A stretch of DNA of 64,000 nt. Source: Lama glama. Taxonomy: Eukaryota. Made by a program: the position numbers and the translations under genes. Position 1 is the first letter of the stretch; the number at the start of each line of letters is the position of its first letter. The notes beneath the pieces were generated by a model. The model made no database searches. It was not told the origin of the DNA and was given only the letters and a program-made list of their open reading frames with translations. Of the stretch, positions 13,136 through 26,450 are shown piece after piece. The DNA lies in the NCBI GenBank assembly GCA_028534125.1, contig CM052816.1, positions 12,774,001 through 12,838,000 on the forward strand. The letters are read 5' to 3'.

Positions 13136-13944
13136 CAATGCTCTCACGCAGCTTATGGAATGGCTGTATGTACATCTGTAGAAACAGTCAGAGAGGGATC
13201 TGCTACAGGAACTGTCATCTGTCTCAGCACCTCATCTGGAATGTGGAAGCCCAGGCTGAGGGAAGATGCTTCCCGCCCCAGCCCCGCCTCCCATCTCCGT
13301 TCCCGCCGGAGAACCAGCTGAGCGTGCTGGGCCCAGATGGGTTCTCTCCAGCAGTCCTCTTCATTTTTATAATTGTGATTAAAAAGGCTTTTGTGACACC
13401 AGCCCAGCATCCTCCTCCACCGCAAAATGGTTTTATTTCTGTTTTGTCAGGTAAAGTATCATTAACAATTTGCCTTGTTTTGACAGCATGGGGCTATAAT
13501 TAGTTTCTGCAGGAAAATGCTCCAATTAACACAGTGTTTGCATCTTGGCTTGAATCTAAATGCAGACTGGAGGAAGCTAACTGAGAAAATTTAAAGAGTA
13601 TTTTCATTGACATTAGCAAGAAATTCACCTGTGTTTGAATTAGGAAGCTGTGTGATAGCTTGGCTATCTCTTTCTTCAAGGAATGATGTCCCCTCCCCTG
13701 TCCACCCCCAAGGCATCTTATCCATGCCCATCCCAGCTGTGATCTCTTCATGCTCTGAAATCCTATCATGTTTATATTATCACTCCTAACACTAGGAAAG
13801 AGGCAATAGTCTCTCCCCCCACCATATTTTGCCCAGATAAGTGAACGTTAAAAAGGACTTGGATTACTATGCAGTAGATAGGTGATTGACAGAGACAGCC
13901 AGAGACGGACAGATAGTAGGCAGGTAGATAGGGAGAGATCTGTG

Positions 13945-14216
13945 GGATATGTTCAAGTGAAAAAATTAGTCGGAAGAACCATATATGGTAGCTTTTATGC
14001 TATACAAGTGAGAAAATCAGAGTATTCATTTGTATTTGCTAATACTTGCATAAAGAAGCCCTGGAAGGATGTTCAAGAAGCTGGTAATGAGAGCGTTAGC
14101 TGTAGGGGCGGGGAGAAGTGGAGGGGGTGAGGATGCTATAGGGGTGAGGTTCTCAGCATTATGCCTTTTCACATCATTGTGATATTTGAAGCGGGTGAAT
14201 GTATTACCTATTCAAT
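13945..14216 (+). mobile_element. Old L1ME 3' end fragment
   Basis: tgttcaagtgaaaaaa...ctggaaggatgttcaagaagctggtaa...tgaatgtattacctattcaa. Confidence 0.7.
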
Positions 14217-14699
14217 TTTTTTTTTTTTGCTTTTTGTTTTACAAAAGGACTATGGTTTTTGACATAGGCAGGACCTAATGCGATGCTGCTGATGCCAGAT
14301 GCTCAGTAACTGAGACTGACTGATTGCAAGTGAAGCAATGGGGCAGGTGTGGCTCTGTGAGCTAAACCCAGCCTGGTACTCTCCATCCCAGTGGGCATGC
14401 TTCCACAAAAAGAAGAGTTCATTATGTTTGCCGAGACGATCTTTTCTCACCCCCCTGTCATGCTTGATTCACTCCATGTGTCCTGTAGAATTACATAAAA
14501 GCCCCAACTTCACGCCACATTCCCCTGCTTAGGATGGCAATTAGCCGGTACACACTGCTTCCCAGTCTACATGGCTCTTTTGTAAAGTCGTCCCTTTGGG
14601 CTGTGGCTTGCGGAGCCTGTGCCTCTGTTGCCTTAGTCTGAGCAGCTGGGTGTCGCTGATGGTCTGGGCCAGACTTCGAAGCAACATGCGACAGGGCGT

Positions 14700-14945
14700 A
14701 ACTAGCTAAGTGGGTGAATTTGGAATCAGAGAGACCTTGATTGGAATCGCAGACTCGCCATGTATTTGCTGTATGATCCTAAACAAGTGACTTGAATTTT
14801 CTAAACATCTGTATCCTCATCTAGTAACTAGGTGGAATGGCTCCCACCTATTAAGACTTTTGTGATGCTTCTATAAGGGAGGAGAGGTCAGACATGTATC
14901 ACTATGTCCTACATGTGCGAGTACCTAAGAAGTATTAAGAATGAA
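14700..14945 (+). mobile_element. MIR SINE
   Basis: tttggaatcagagagacctt...gctgtatgatcct...acaagtgacttgaat...tcctcatctag. Confidence 0.7.
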
Positions 14946-16589
14946 TTTTTGTTGCTTTTATTTGTATGTATTTATTTCAAGTGCCTCTGGAGGGCCCCAC
15001 CCCCCACCCTAAACATCTCTTTCTTGCCCCTTGGCACAACACTCAGTAGGGAATTAAAGATACATTACTTTGGGTTAACTATACTCTCTGCCAAGGTGTT
15101 CTCACTAAAAATGCAAATTTACTTAACTTAGCTTTACTTTGATATTGGGTTTTTTTTTTTTTCTCAAAATGACTAACCAAAAGCAGGTACCAACTGGGGT
15201 GGGAAGTGGGGGGTGTTGGGATGAGTAATTTCTAGCCCCCTTAGCCCTCGTAAATCAAAGCTTTTGAGAATGAGTTGACGTAACAGATTATTCTAGTTGC
15301 TTTGGTAGGATGGGTTGGACCAAAGTGAAACTAAAGGCACAAGGATTGGAAGGTGCGTGAGGCGAGGAAGGCCAGGTAAATTAGGACAGCTTGGCCTTCT
15401 CCTCAAGGGTTATGCAAACCTGGGGCCATGTTTCTGCATGACCACCAAGTTTATAACCCACTGCTGATTCATTTTTGTCCTTATCTTGAGAATTTCCACA
15501 TCATAATAACCTTGATCTTGAAGTTGCTTTATTGTGGTGTTTAGCGCTAATGGCTTTATCCACAATTTTCCACAGTTAATTCAGTCTTACAGTCATTTCA
15601 GACACTCAAGTGTCTCTCTTCCTGAGCCAGCAGGTGTCACTATTGATCAATTGGAAATAAACATGGTAGCCTCACCTGGTAGGAATAGATCCACCTCTGG
15701 TTAGGAAAAAAAAAATGACTTTGTCATTTCAGGTTAAAGAGCTGCTTCCTCAGATCCAGTGGTTTCCTGGTAGACAGCTGAGTTCTCAAAAGTATCGATG
15801 CTTCTTAAACCCTGACGACCTGCAAGTACAAGGCAAGTAGAGGTCTTCATGGAGAACGGAGTTGAAGACATCGTCCTCATGGTTCCACTTTCTACTACCA
15901 ATCTTCTGAGACTTCCTTATAGCCTTATTTTCTATGTTCTTTTTTTTTCCCCCAGTATATAGCTAAATGTAGCCAATTGCACTAGATGAATCTTCCATGG
16001 TAGCTTTTAGCTCCAGAATTGCTTTCTTCAGGTCTATTCTTCACATATTAAGCTTGACTTCAGAGAAGTCTAGGCTAGAAACAATCAGGTATATAAACCA
16101 CGGAGTGCACTTCAGAATCCAAAGGTAACCTTGGGGGCAGGTGGTGTCCTCGCCTCCAACACATAACTCAACATGAGACAGTTTGTTAAGCGTGCCCGTG
16201 CATGTGCTTCTCCTCCACGAATTTATGCTGAATTGTTATATGAAAACTAGGGTGATTCCTCTGTGACGTCTACCCCGACCTCATTCCCCTCTAGAAAATT
16301 CATTCTCTTTTTAAAAATCCTCCATTCTTAATATTTATTTTTGCTCAGTATTTCTCTTGGTTAGCTTGTTGTATGTGTATCCTTCAGCTGCTGGACTGGG
16401 AGTTCTACATTTTTTAAGAAAACCTCAGATGTGAGATATTATATACCCCAGCCCCTCCTCATTTTACATGTGGGTTATGACAATAGCTAGCATTCCTGGT
16501 TTTACTTCTGTAACTGAAACTTCTAGAATATGCCTTGCATAGAAGAGGTACTCAGTAAAGATCTGAATGTCAGACATTTCAAATGTCAG

Positions 16590-17050
16590 TGATATAACAA
16601 CAAAGGCCCGTTCTCTGCTGCGTTAGTGAGGAGCTTATAGTCTAGCAGGAGATATACAACATTCATACAAATGAGACTTCTTACCTTGTATTACATCCTA
16701 TAGGAGTAATGCACATGAAATGCATGGGGAACTCCGAGAAAAAGACGTTTGAGTGGCTGGCCATGGAAAGTTTGTAGGAAAAGTGGTTTTTAATCTAGAA
16801 ATATATATGTAGAAAAGAGAGGGAAAGAAAAGGAAGATAAAAATAATTGGGATGAAGCAAACAGCTAAGCTGAAGCAAAGGGACAGGAAAGCCTAGAAGA
16901 TGCATGTTGTTCAGTTAGATGAAACCTTGACCGGGAAAAAAAGTATGAAATATGACAAGAAAAATAATTTATGCCTTGAATACATAATACTTTATGTAGA
17001 CAATAGGAATTATTGAGTTTGAATCAGGAAAATAACATATAGAGAACTGG
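16590..17050 (-). mobile_element. Decayed L2 3' fragment
   Basis: gaggagcttatagtctagcaggagata followed by purine-rich antisense L2-like sequence. Confidence 0.5.
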
Positions 17051-19539
17051 GTATACGATATTCCGTGTTTTTAGAAAATGCAAAGTTATAATTTAATATT
17101 TTAAATGGCACTATATCATCACCTTTGAAATTCTTCTGATGCTTCCAATAACTTAACTTGTTAGACGAATCCTGTATCATTGCCTGGAAAATGAGAACGC
17201 TTTGCGTTTAAACAAAGCACTCCCAAAGATTTGGGGAACAAGAACTTGAGATAAAGAGAAGGATAAGTTCAAAGGCCAAGTATGCTTGAGAAACAGGGAA
17301 AAAACAACTACTGATGGAAAATTGGAGACCTGTACTTGGAAATGGGAAGGAAGCAGGAAGCACAGGAGTGGTCTTCTAACAGGAAACAGAAGTCTGGCCA
17401 GGGACGCACCCCTGATTGGCTGTGGGAGGGAGCTCTGATTGGCTAGGCTCTGGTTGCCCGTCTGTCTCCTGGATGAACTAGAGTAATGAGAGGAAGAATT
17501 CATGAGAAAAGACTTCCAGGGACCTCTTGAAGCTTCTTTTGTTGGTGGCAGGCCTGTGGATTTGTCATTTCACCACAGTACCCACTGGAGAAGAGTTTAA
17601 TCTCCAGTGGAGACTGAAGCATTGTTAGGAAGGGGGAAGGACTTCTGAGTGGCTTGAAAGTAGCAAATACCCACTTCAAGGGGAGAAACATTGATGCTTT
17701 CAACAGAAAAAAAATGGCTAGTGGAAAATGGCTAGTAGAGAGGAATGGAGTCAATGGTTTCTTTTCATCAAAGATCATATTATTCAAGAACCATACAAAA
17801 GGATTCTTGACTTTAACCTGCTCTTGTCAGGACCCTCTCAGTCCCAGTGTATCCAAATTTCTGTTGAGTGAGACACACACTATATGTTCAGAACTTACAC
17901 ATATTTGAATAGTAAGGATAAAGAGAATTTTTAAGATCAGAGAGGCATTGACTAACTGGAATTTGGAGAAAATTCATAAATAGTGACAATAGTGTGGGTA
18001 TATTATTAAGTCATAAACCTTGAGCAAATTGTGTGCAATGCTGATCCAGAACAGAGCCAGATGGTGCTAAATAAAAGTCTGAATACCTGAACACTTCAGC
18101 TATTTTCTCTTCCACCTCTGACTTGTGGAATGGGCAGTATTTCTAGTCACAGTGAATGACTACTGACCAAATCTATCCTAGATGAAACTTCCTCACCCTG
18201 AGGATTCTAACACTCAATCCAAACTAGTTCTCTTCTAACATTACCTAAACATTCATACCTGCGTATTGCCATGTCTTTACTCATATGATTTTTCTCTACC
18301 TGTCAAAAACTTCATCTTGCCCAAGTATCAGCTTCCCTGTGACTTATTCTATAATTGATCCCATCAGCTAGAAACTATTTGTTTCTCTAAATTTTCACAA
18401 AATTATAAATGCCCCCCTCATACAGTGCTCACTATATTTTTGTTAATTTTCTCATTGAATTTTTTAACCCTTACATTTCCCAAGAATAAATAATATCAGG
18501 AACAGACTAATCAACATCTATGCTTATGAGAAATTTACACATTTAACTATGTAAGTTGACATTTCTGCAGTAGATCCATTCTACCTTGGTAAACGAACGA
18601 GTCAGTATCTCATGCTGAAATATCTGCATTCAGGTCAGTAATGACTTCACAGTTTTTGTTGGGTAGTGTAAAATTTCACTGGGTTAACTTAAGTATCCAA
18701 TGTGGTGGCCTCCCCAAAGCGAAGTGAGTTCTGTGGTGTTTTCATGTCTAATAAGTAAGAACTGCTGGCAATTTATGAATGATGCTTCCTCCACTTTATC
18801 AAGATACAAGTGTATTCTAGACTGCAGCTCCTTAGGGATAAGATGGCATCTGCATCAGCTCCCCCCAGTGCCTGCATATGGTAGTGACTTGCCTCAGAAT
18901 TGGTGAATAAGTAGTCCCTAGAGTTTGTAAGGAGGACTCTGTGTTTTGTGGAGTAACCAGAACTTTAAGCTCTGCATCAGGCTGGGGTTAGGTGCTAGTA
19001 GAAGGTCCATTAGAAGCCTGAGGGTATTGGAGAAGTCCTAGTGTCGGGGTAACGGCCCAACCTTCTCTAAGGAGGTTGAATGTCTCATATGTCTTTCTGG
19101 GAGAGATTTTCAGAACTGGAGCCGGTGAACTCATTTTTAAGGAAAGCTCTCACCGTGAGTCGTGGTTGGCCAGTCCAGCATGCCATTCATTTTGTTCAGT
19201 CTTGGAATCACCTATGCCCACGGTGTTACAGCGTTAGTAACCTGGGTGGCAGATAGCACAGGTCTGCGAGACTCATGTGGTCATTACCTAAGCTGACACT
19301 GGTGAGTGTTCAGATTGGAAAGGGGATTTCCTGTGGAGAGCCAAAAGAAATTGCCAGTATACCAAACAACTTCATTGTACCTGGTCCTTCAGAAATTCCA
19401 GTTCTCTCTGAGGGGGATTTTGATGAAGAAAGTGACAGAGAGACCACTAGTCCAAGGCTCCAGGCTCAGATTTCCCCTCTGTTTGGTGTGAACAACACGT
19501 GTCTAGGACAAGTAGGAGAACAGCATATTTACAGATATT

Positions 19540-19765
19540 TGGTCAAGTTCTGGAGTAAGACCTTGGAGTAAAGGCTTGAATCCTGACTCAGCCACCACTT
19601 ACTTTGAAACGTGAATGTCTTGAAGCCTCAGTTCCTTTGTCTATAATATGAGGGGGATAGTAATAGCATCTTCCTCACTGTGTTGTCATGAAACTCGAAT
19701 GAAATGAATTATATGAAATGTTTAGCATTGTGCTTGGGAAACGCTTCGTAAGTGTTCACTGTTGA
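19540..19765 (+). mobile_element. MIR SINE
   Basis: ttgaatcctgactcagccaccacttact...gcctcagttcctttgtctataatatgaggg...tttagcattgtgcttgg. Confidence 0.8.
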
Positions 19766-19944
19766 TGTCGATACTGCTGTCCCCACTCTGTTATTATTCC
19801 ATAATCCTGGAAAACCACCCACCAGTCCGCTCAGGTGCTCATGTCTTTTTTTTTTTTTTTTGATTTATGGCAGCTTTCCTGCATGGATTCTCTCCTTTTT
19901 CTCATCCTTCCTCCCTCCCTCCTGCCTCCCTTCCTCCCTTCCTT

Positions 19945-20430
19945 TCACATACATATATTGAGTATCTGGCCAAGATCTATGCCAGGTGCCAATGATGCAG
20001 TGATAAACTTAAGTCTATTCCTCAGGGCATCCTAGACAAGTGAAGAAGAGAGATGCATCAGTAAGTTATTACAGCGCATCGTGATAACTACAATAGTGGG
20101 TGCACAGTGTCCAATGTAGCATGATGGAAGTGATGAATAGCTAATAGGGAGAGAAATGGCTAAACGGAGGTTTGCAGGATGAATCAATGTTTGGGAAGGC
20201 CATTTCAGCAGAGAGAAAAAAGCAGCAAAAAGGTGCTGGGGGGTATGCTATATGGTGTATTTGAGAAACTGTGAGCAGTTCCATAAAGGTAACACAGTAC
20301 ATTTGGAGAAATACTGGGGCATGAGGCTGGGACAGTGGCACGGAGAACTGTGTGTGAGGTTTGGAATTTAGGGAAATGACATAGATTGCTGCATGTTAGA
20401 ATAATGCCTCTGGCAGGAGTGGGAAGAAGG
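19945..20430 (-). mobile_element. L2 3' end fragment
   Basis: catatattgagtatct...ctatgccaggtgcc...purine-rich antisense L2 body. Confidence 0.6.
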
Positions 20431-20459
20431 AGCAATTTGATTCCACATATTCTGTGTTA

Positions 20460-20690
20460 ACAGATGTCTCCTCATTTGATAGTCCACAACTGCATGGTGC
20501 ACCCATTCCTGAGCCAATCACCTGCATGGGGACTGGGGACACCATTATTGGCTGACTCACCAAAATTCACCCAGTCTTTCCTGATGCACACGGCTGATCA
20601 GTACTTGAACAAAGATAGAATTTTCTCCGCAAGAAAGAAGGCCAGAAACACCCACTGACTAGACAGCCAGTGTTGTCTGCCACAGAAGCC
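20460..20690 (-). mobile_element. Old MaLR LTR fragment (MLT1J/K-like)
   Basis: cccattcctgagccaatcac...ggggacaccattattggctg motif typical of old MLT1. Confidence 0.5.
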
Positions 20691-22844
20691 AAATGGACAG
20701 GCCTTAGTGACCAAGGGCACATTAGGGCTGAGGAATGACAGTGACTCCCAGGCGTCTGGCTTAGGCCACTCAAATAAGTGTGTCTAGTAATTATCTACAC
20801 AGACATGTTTCAGTAGGTTTAGATTCAGCAGGAGGACTGTATTATAGTGTATTCATATGTTCCTAAGGGACAAAGAAAATCCTTGAAATGTGAATTTATC
20901 TTAACTGCTTTATGGAATTAGGTCTGTTTTGTATGAAAGCTGAATATTCACTAAATTACTGCCCTAAATTGAGCACATTTGGGAACAATATGTGCATATC
21001 CAGTGGTTTAATCTCTCATTCATCATTAAGGTAAACATAACTATGATTGCCAGCATTAATGCAAAATAAAATATTCTGCTTAGAAAGAAATTCTTCTTAA
21101 GGCAGAAAAAAAATTGAGTTTTCTTCTATATAAGGACCTTTAATAAATACTGCACATATTGTTTCCTCCTTCTATACCCATTAAAAATTCTTACGCTTGA
21201 AGCAATTTGTTTCCCATGAGCTAAACATCCAGAGTTCTATTTCCAAAGTCATCAGTCCTGGCAGTCATTCTCATCAGAGTCACTGAAAAAAATGATCTTC
21301 AATAAGGTCACATTTGGTCTCTCCCCACAGCAGGAGGCCTGTCTATTTCTAAAAATACGTTGCTATGTTACAAATGCACCATCTTCCTACTATGGGCAGG
21401 AGGAGAGCCGTTTGAAACTAGCCTATACAAAGCCAATAATGGGGAAATAATAAATCTGAGAGTTCTAAAAGCACCAGTTCTTGTTCATGTATTCCTTTCT
21501 TTCCTTTTCAAACAAATATAATTTTTCTTCCTTTGTCTGTTCCTTCTCTTTCTTTCTTTCTTTTTTTTTTTTCCAGGAAAACACATTCAATGTTCTTCAG
21601 TCATTTAACATGAAGAGAACCACATGATAGATTAAATTTCAAGTCAAAAGGCTTCCTACCCCATGACTTTTCTACCACATTTCACATAAAAGAAGCTTCA
21701 CTTCAGCACTTTGTAAATAAAAATTATCCCTCGCAACATGTTAATTGTAACTTGCGATCCAAGCAGTACAAGGGGATGATGTTAGAAGCGAACTCCAATT
21801 AGTGTAAACAGCATGGAGACACTTGATACTAATTTACAACAAGGTTGTTAAAACTTACAGGAAACAGCCCTATAAAGTAAGATTTTACAGTGACAGCCTA
21901 AAGGACCAGTGATGTGTTCAACATGATTCTGAAGCAGATGAAAAGGGATGGGATTCTACTGTACGTCTGACATAGAGAAAGTAAGGTATAATTCTATGGA
22001 TTTCAGCATTATAATCTACCTTGTAGACTATCAGATAATCCTCTTAGAACATATTCAACTTGGGACTTTATAAATGTAAGGAGCTTCCTCCCCTCAACAG
22101 ACGTTTTCCAACTACCTACAATGTCAATTTTTATCCCAACAGCCTGTAACCCCATATATACTGCAACAGGCACCTGATGGGTCCTCCTGATCACCTTCTC
22201 TCATCCAACCTGGATGATTATAGGACAGCACTGATCATATCACTCAGATGCTTTGTCCCTTAGCAGTGCCCGTCACCTGCCTGATAAAGTCCGTACCCCT
22301 CAGCCTGCCATTCAAGGTCCTGTGTGGGCTCAGTCTAGCTCCCAGCCTTCATGCCACTGTTCTTCTACTTTTGTCACTTGAATCAAGGCCCTCACTTGAA
22401 GAAGGGGTTAATCATGCTACCCAGATGTGTGTTTCTTGGAGGATAACCTATAAATAGGGGACCATTTGTTTTCTTTGACTACACTACAGACGCTTCCTGC
22501 CTCTGCATATGTTCTTCATTCTGCAAAAAGGAAATCCCTGTCTCGTTCTTCCTCCATCTTTTCTGAGTTTAAAGACGTGTGGAGTCTCAGCTTTCAGACA
22601 TAGCAACTCCTATGTCTTATTTCCCTAACAATAACTATAGAGGCTCCTTACTCACGTTCATCTCTGTGGGACATATATGGCTGGTACTTTGAGCAGGGAG
22701 AAAAATGAGAGCTCACTATGTATTGAAGGGGAAAATAGCTCAGTGTTATTCTTCTGTTCATTTGGTAATTGACAAAAAGTGGAGAATTCCAAGAGCTATA
22801 CAAGCATATGCCCAGCTCACTGTACATGTTTAGAGGAGAAGTAT

Positions 22845-22990
22845 GAAGCAGAGGTTCAGAGCTTGGTCTCTGGAATCATACAGACTTGGGTCAAATCTGG
22901 TTCTACCACTTAACTACCTATGTGATCTCAGGCAAGGTTTTTCATGCACTATGAACATCTGTGAACCTCTATTTTATATACTATGAACCT
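22845..22990 (+). mobile_element. MIR SINE 5' part
   Basis: tctctggaatcatacagacttgggtcaaatctggttctaccacttaactacctatgtgatctcaggcaag. Confidence 0.8.
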
Positions 22991-23706
22991 CAATTCTCAC
23001 AGAGGAATGAGAATTGAAATTGTGTGGTTGTCACAAGATGGGAATATGATTTATGGACCAATACCAACAAAAACACTTGAAAGATGTAAACTCTTTGGAA
23101 AGTAACAGACACGTTATATAAAGTGGGAGATGAGGTAACAGGCTCCCAGCTGGAAATATTGACTTTTCAGGTCTTTGGCTCTTGATGACTTTTTAAAAGT
23201 GCCAAAGGTTTCATCCCCACCGTAAGAAGATTCTGCAAAGTATGATACTTGCTCTTACCATCCTCATGAAAGTTTGTGTATCTTCCACCAGACTCTCCTG
23301 CCTTGGTTGTGTCTGCCTGCCCACTGGTTGCAGACCATGGGTGTAAAACAACCTCAGCTCATTTGTCAGTGTTTATTGTGCTGTTAATATTCCTGAGGTC
23401 TATTCCTGTTCTAATAGTGCCTGCTTCACTTGGTAGATAAAAGGATTGAGACAATGCATGTCAAACACTTAGTGTGGTACCAGACATAGGATAAGTGCTT
23501 GGTAAATCATAGCTGGCAGTATTATTTTAGTTTTTGCACATTACTTTTTTCCCCTTCCATGGGGATGTCAAGTGAACGATTTAGAGTAGGTCATCCAAGT
23601 CTTCTGTCAGGTGAAACTATTCTGGGATTCCCCCAAGTCTTACCGTGATCAATGGGGACAATAGGAAGGAGAATGGGAGAAATGATATTGTCAGTGTTAG
23701 GAAGTA

Positions 23707-23913
23707 CAGTTGACCCTTGAAGAGCATGGAGGATGGGGGCACACACAGTCAAAACTCAGCATGTAGCTTTACAGTCCACCCTCTGTATCTGCAGTTCCAT
23801 ATCCAAAGAAGGACTCAACCAATTATGGATCCTGTAGTAGTGTAGTTTTGAAAAAAAATAATCTGTGTAAGTGGACCTGCACAGTTCAGACCGTGCTCTT
23901 GCAAGGTCATCTT
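23707..23913. mobile_element. TcMar-Tigger2-family non-autonomous DNA transposon (Tigger2a-like MITE)
   Basis: TA followed by TIR cagttgacccttgaa; right end gaaaaaaa...taagtggacctgcacagttcagaccgtg...caaggtca, a degenerate copy of the Tigger2 terminus. Confidence 0.85.
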
Positions 23914-24031
23914 CACTTATTATTCAAGACGAGTGTGGAATCAGTGTCACCCTTACTTGCCCCTGGAAGGAACATGCTATCTGTTAAGGTGGGGCCAGGA
24001 AGGATGCAGAAAGGCAATAAAAGGAGAAGCT

Positions 24032-24800
24032 CTGATAATGTGGTTTATAATAAGCAGTACACTTTTGGTCTTCGTCCCCTGTTCTGGCACAGAGCTCCGA
24101 AGTTTTTTAGAATTTCCTGTGATGAGAGCCATGCGGTGTCTTTTGTTATGTTAATGAGGTGATTTTTGGATCCATCTAAGGATGGGGGCTCCTTATCCTG
24201 AGAACCAACCACGTGATTAGTGGGTTGGACCTTTCAGTCTTGCCCCCTGACCTCTGGGGTGGGGAGAGGGGATAGAGGTTGAATCGATCACCATGGTTCA
24301 ATGATTAAGCAATCGCACCTATGTAACGAAGCCTCCACAAAACAAAAGGACTGGGTTCAGAGAGCTTCTGAGCATGAGATTTGGAGAGTGGCACCCTCAG
24401 AGAGCACAGAAGCTCAAAGCCCTTTCCCCGTACTTTGCCCCATGCATCTCTTCCGTCTGGCTGTTTTCAAATTCTATTCTTTTAATAACAATGATTTCAT
24501 AATAAACATGTAATCTAATAAGTAAAGTGTTCCTTTGAGTTTTGTGAGCCATTGCAGCAAATTAATTGAATCCAAGGAGGACGGAGACCTCTGATTTATA
24601 GCCAGTCAGTCCAAAGTACAGGAAACAACCTTGATTTGTAACTGGTATCTGAAGGAGAGGGGGCAGTCTTGTTACACTGAGCCCGTCACATACGGGATCT
24701 GCTGCTGTTCGCCGGGTAGATAGTGTCAAAACTGAGTGGAATTGTAGGACACCCAGCTAGTGTCTCGCAGAATCGCCGGATGGTGTGGGAAAACCACCTA

Positions 24801-24838
<38 letters not shown>
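24032..24838 (+). mobile_element. MER21-like LTR
   Basis: ttctggcacagagctcc; accaaccacgtgattag; cctatgtaacgaagcctcca; aataaa; gggtagatagtgtcaaaactgagtggaattgtaggacacccagctagtgtc. Confidence 0.88.
24802..24835. repeat. (CA)17 microsatellite
   Basis: Perfect CA run at the end of the MER21-like LTR. Confidence 0.97.
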
Positions 24839-25029
24839 TTAAACAGGTATCAGTACTTTTTAGCAGTCATTTGAAATCTGCTGCTCTTCTGTCTGGCTAT
24901 TGCAGAACTCATCTTTACTGTATCAGATTCTCATTAAGCAGCATATAGTATTGGGGACCTACTGTGTGTTAAAGGTCCTGCCAAATTCCTTGAGGGAATA
25001 GAAGAGAAAATATATGGCATGCTGCTTCC

Positions 25030-26450
25030 TCCTCTTCAATCTGACCTCTTACTATTGGAAGGCTCAGAGCTCAACTTTTGGTCTTGCTTTTTTTCCCCTC
25101 CTTTATCTACAGTCATGCCTTTGGTGAACTCATCTAGTTTCATGGCTTTAAATTCTAACCATATGCCAATGACTCCCAAACTTACATCTCCATCTAGACT
25201 TCTCTCATAAACCCCAGATTCATATGTCCAGATGCCTACTACAGATCTTCATTAAGAGATCTAAGAGATTTCTCAAATCTGACATGGGTTTTAGTCGTAG
25301 CTAAATCCCTAATGTCCTTTCCCACCCCAGCCGGGTTCATCACTCACAGCAAAATTCTATCCCACTGGTACCTCATCTTTGGAGAAGGAATATTACAAAC
25401 ATTTAAAATTTATAAACCTTTCTTTGATATCTTTTGGCTGAATGTCAAATGATATAATCAGGAATTTCCATGAATTTAGTGGGAACTAAGCTGGACTTTG
25501 AAAGCTGAGTAGAATCTCTCCAGGCCAAAAGTTGGGATCCAGGTGAAAAAAGAAATATAAACCTAAATGTGAAGTGATGGGTAGATTGCTAGAGGGCAGC
25601 ATGATAAATTTAGAAGACAGGGAATCATGTTGAAGTGTGATTCAGATTGCTGAGACAGAACTAAGTTATCTGATTCTTAAGAGGTGTTTGAGTCATGCTT
25701 TACCTGTAATACGAATATTATCAATTGAATTGTTGGTGAGGCAGGGGTAGAGGTGATACATGGATCATTTATTGTTCTGTGTACCCCAAACCTGTCCTTC
25801 CCCAGTCTTCTTGATTTCAGTAACTGGCCACCTCATCATTCTAGCTGCTTATGTCAGAAGCCTTGCAATCATGTTTAACTCTTCTGTTTCCTATAATCCT
25901 TTCCAAATTCATCAGAAAAATTCTGTCTTCTTTACCTTCAAAATATGTAAGAATGCACTCATTTCTCCTACCTCCTCAACTACCACCTGATCCAGGCTAC
26001 CTTCATCTCTCCCCTGGAGTATTGCCCTGGACTTCTAAATGGTTTTCCTATACCCACTCTTGCTCCCCTTCAGTACCTCCTCAGCATAGTTAAATATACT
26101 TTATATTTAAACGTAAGCCAGATAATTTATTTCTTTGCTCATATCCTTCCACAGTAGTTTCCCGTCAAAATCACGTAAAAGCCTACAGTGCCATACACAA
26201 TATGACTCTCTACCTTTTCTCCCACCCTCCTCCTACTCTACTCCAGCCTTACTGGCCTCCTTATAAACCCTTGAATATATTGAGCATGCTCCCATCTCAG
26301 AGCCTTTGCATCTGCTGTCCCCTCAGCCTGAAAAGTTCTTTTTGTTCAACTCAGTCTCTCACTTCCTGTAGACTTCCTTCAATCAAATGCCACCTCCTCA
26401 GGGAGCTCTTTCCTGACTGTCCTAAATAAAATAGTGTAGCATTGACCTAT
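25030..26450 (+). mobile_element. L2 LINE fragments (with a roughly 450-bp interruption near 25330-25780)
   Basis: catggctttaaat...ccatatgccaatgactcccaaac; ccccaaacctgtccttccccagtcttc; ctccagccttactggcctcc; gagcctttgcatctgctgtccc. Confidence 0.8.

Noticed and set aside
17711..17736. Short tandem duplications (AAAATGGCTAGT x2; also GGTGATTTAG x2 near 45604-45630)
   Set aside because: Ordinary slippage duplications; only two units, not a CRISPR-like or satellite array
21520..21600. Strong polypyrimidine tract + AG acceptor (similar at about 8195, 32229 and 33525)
   Set aside because: No convincing downstream donor or recognisable coding frame; such tracts are common in introns
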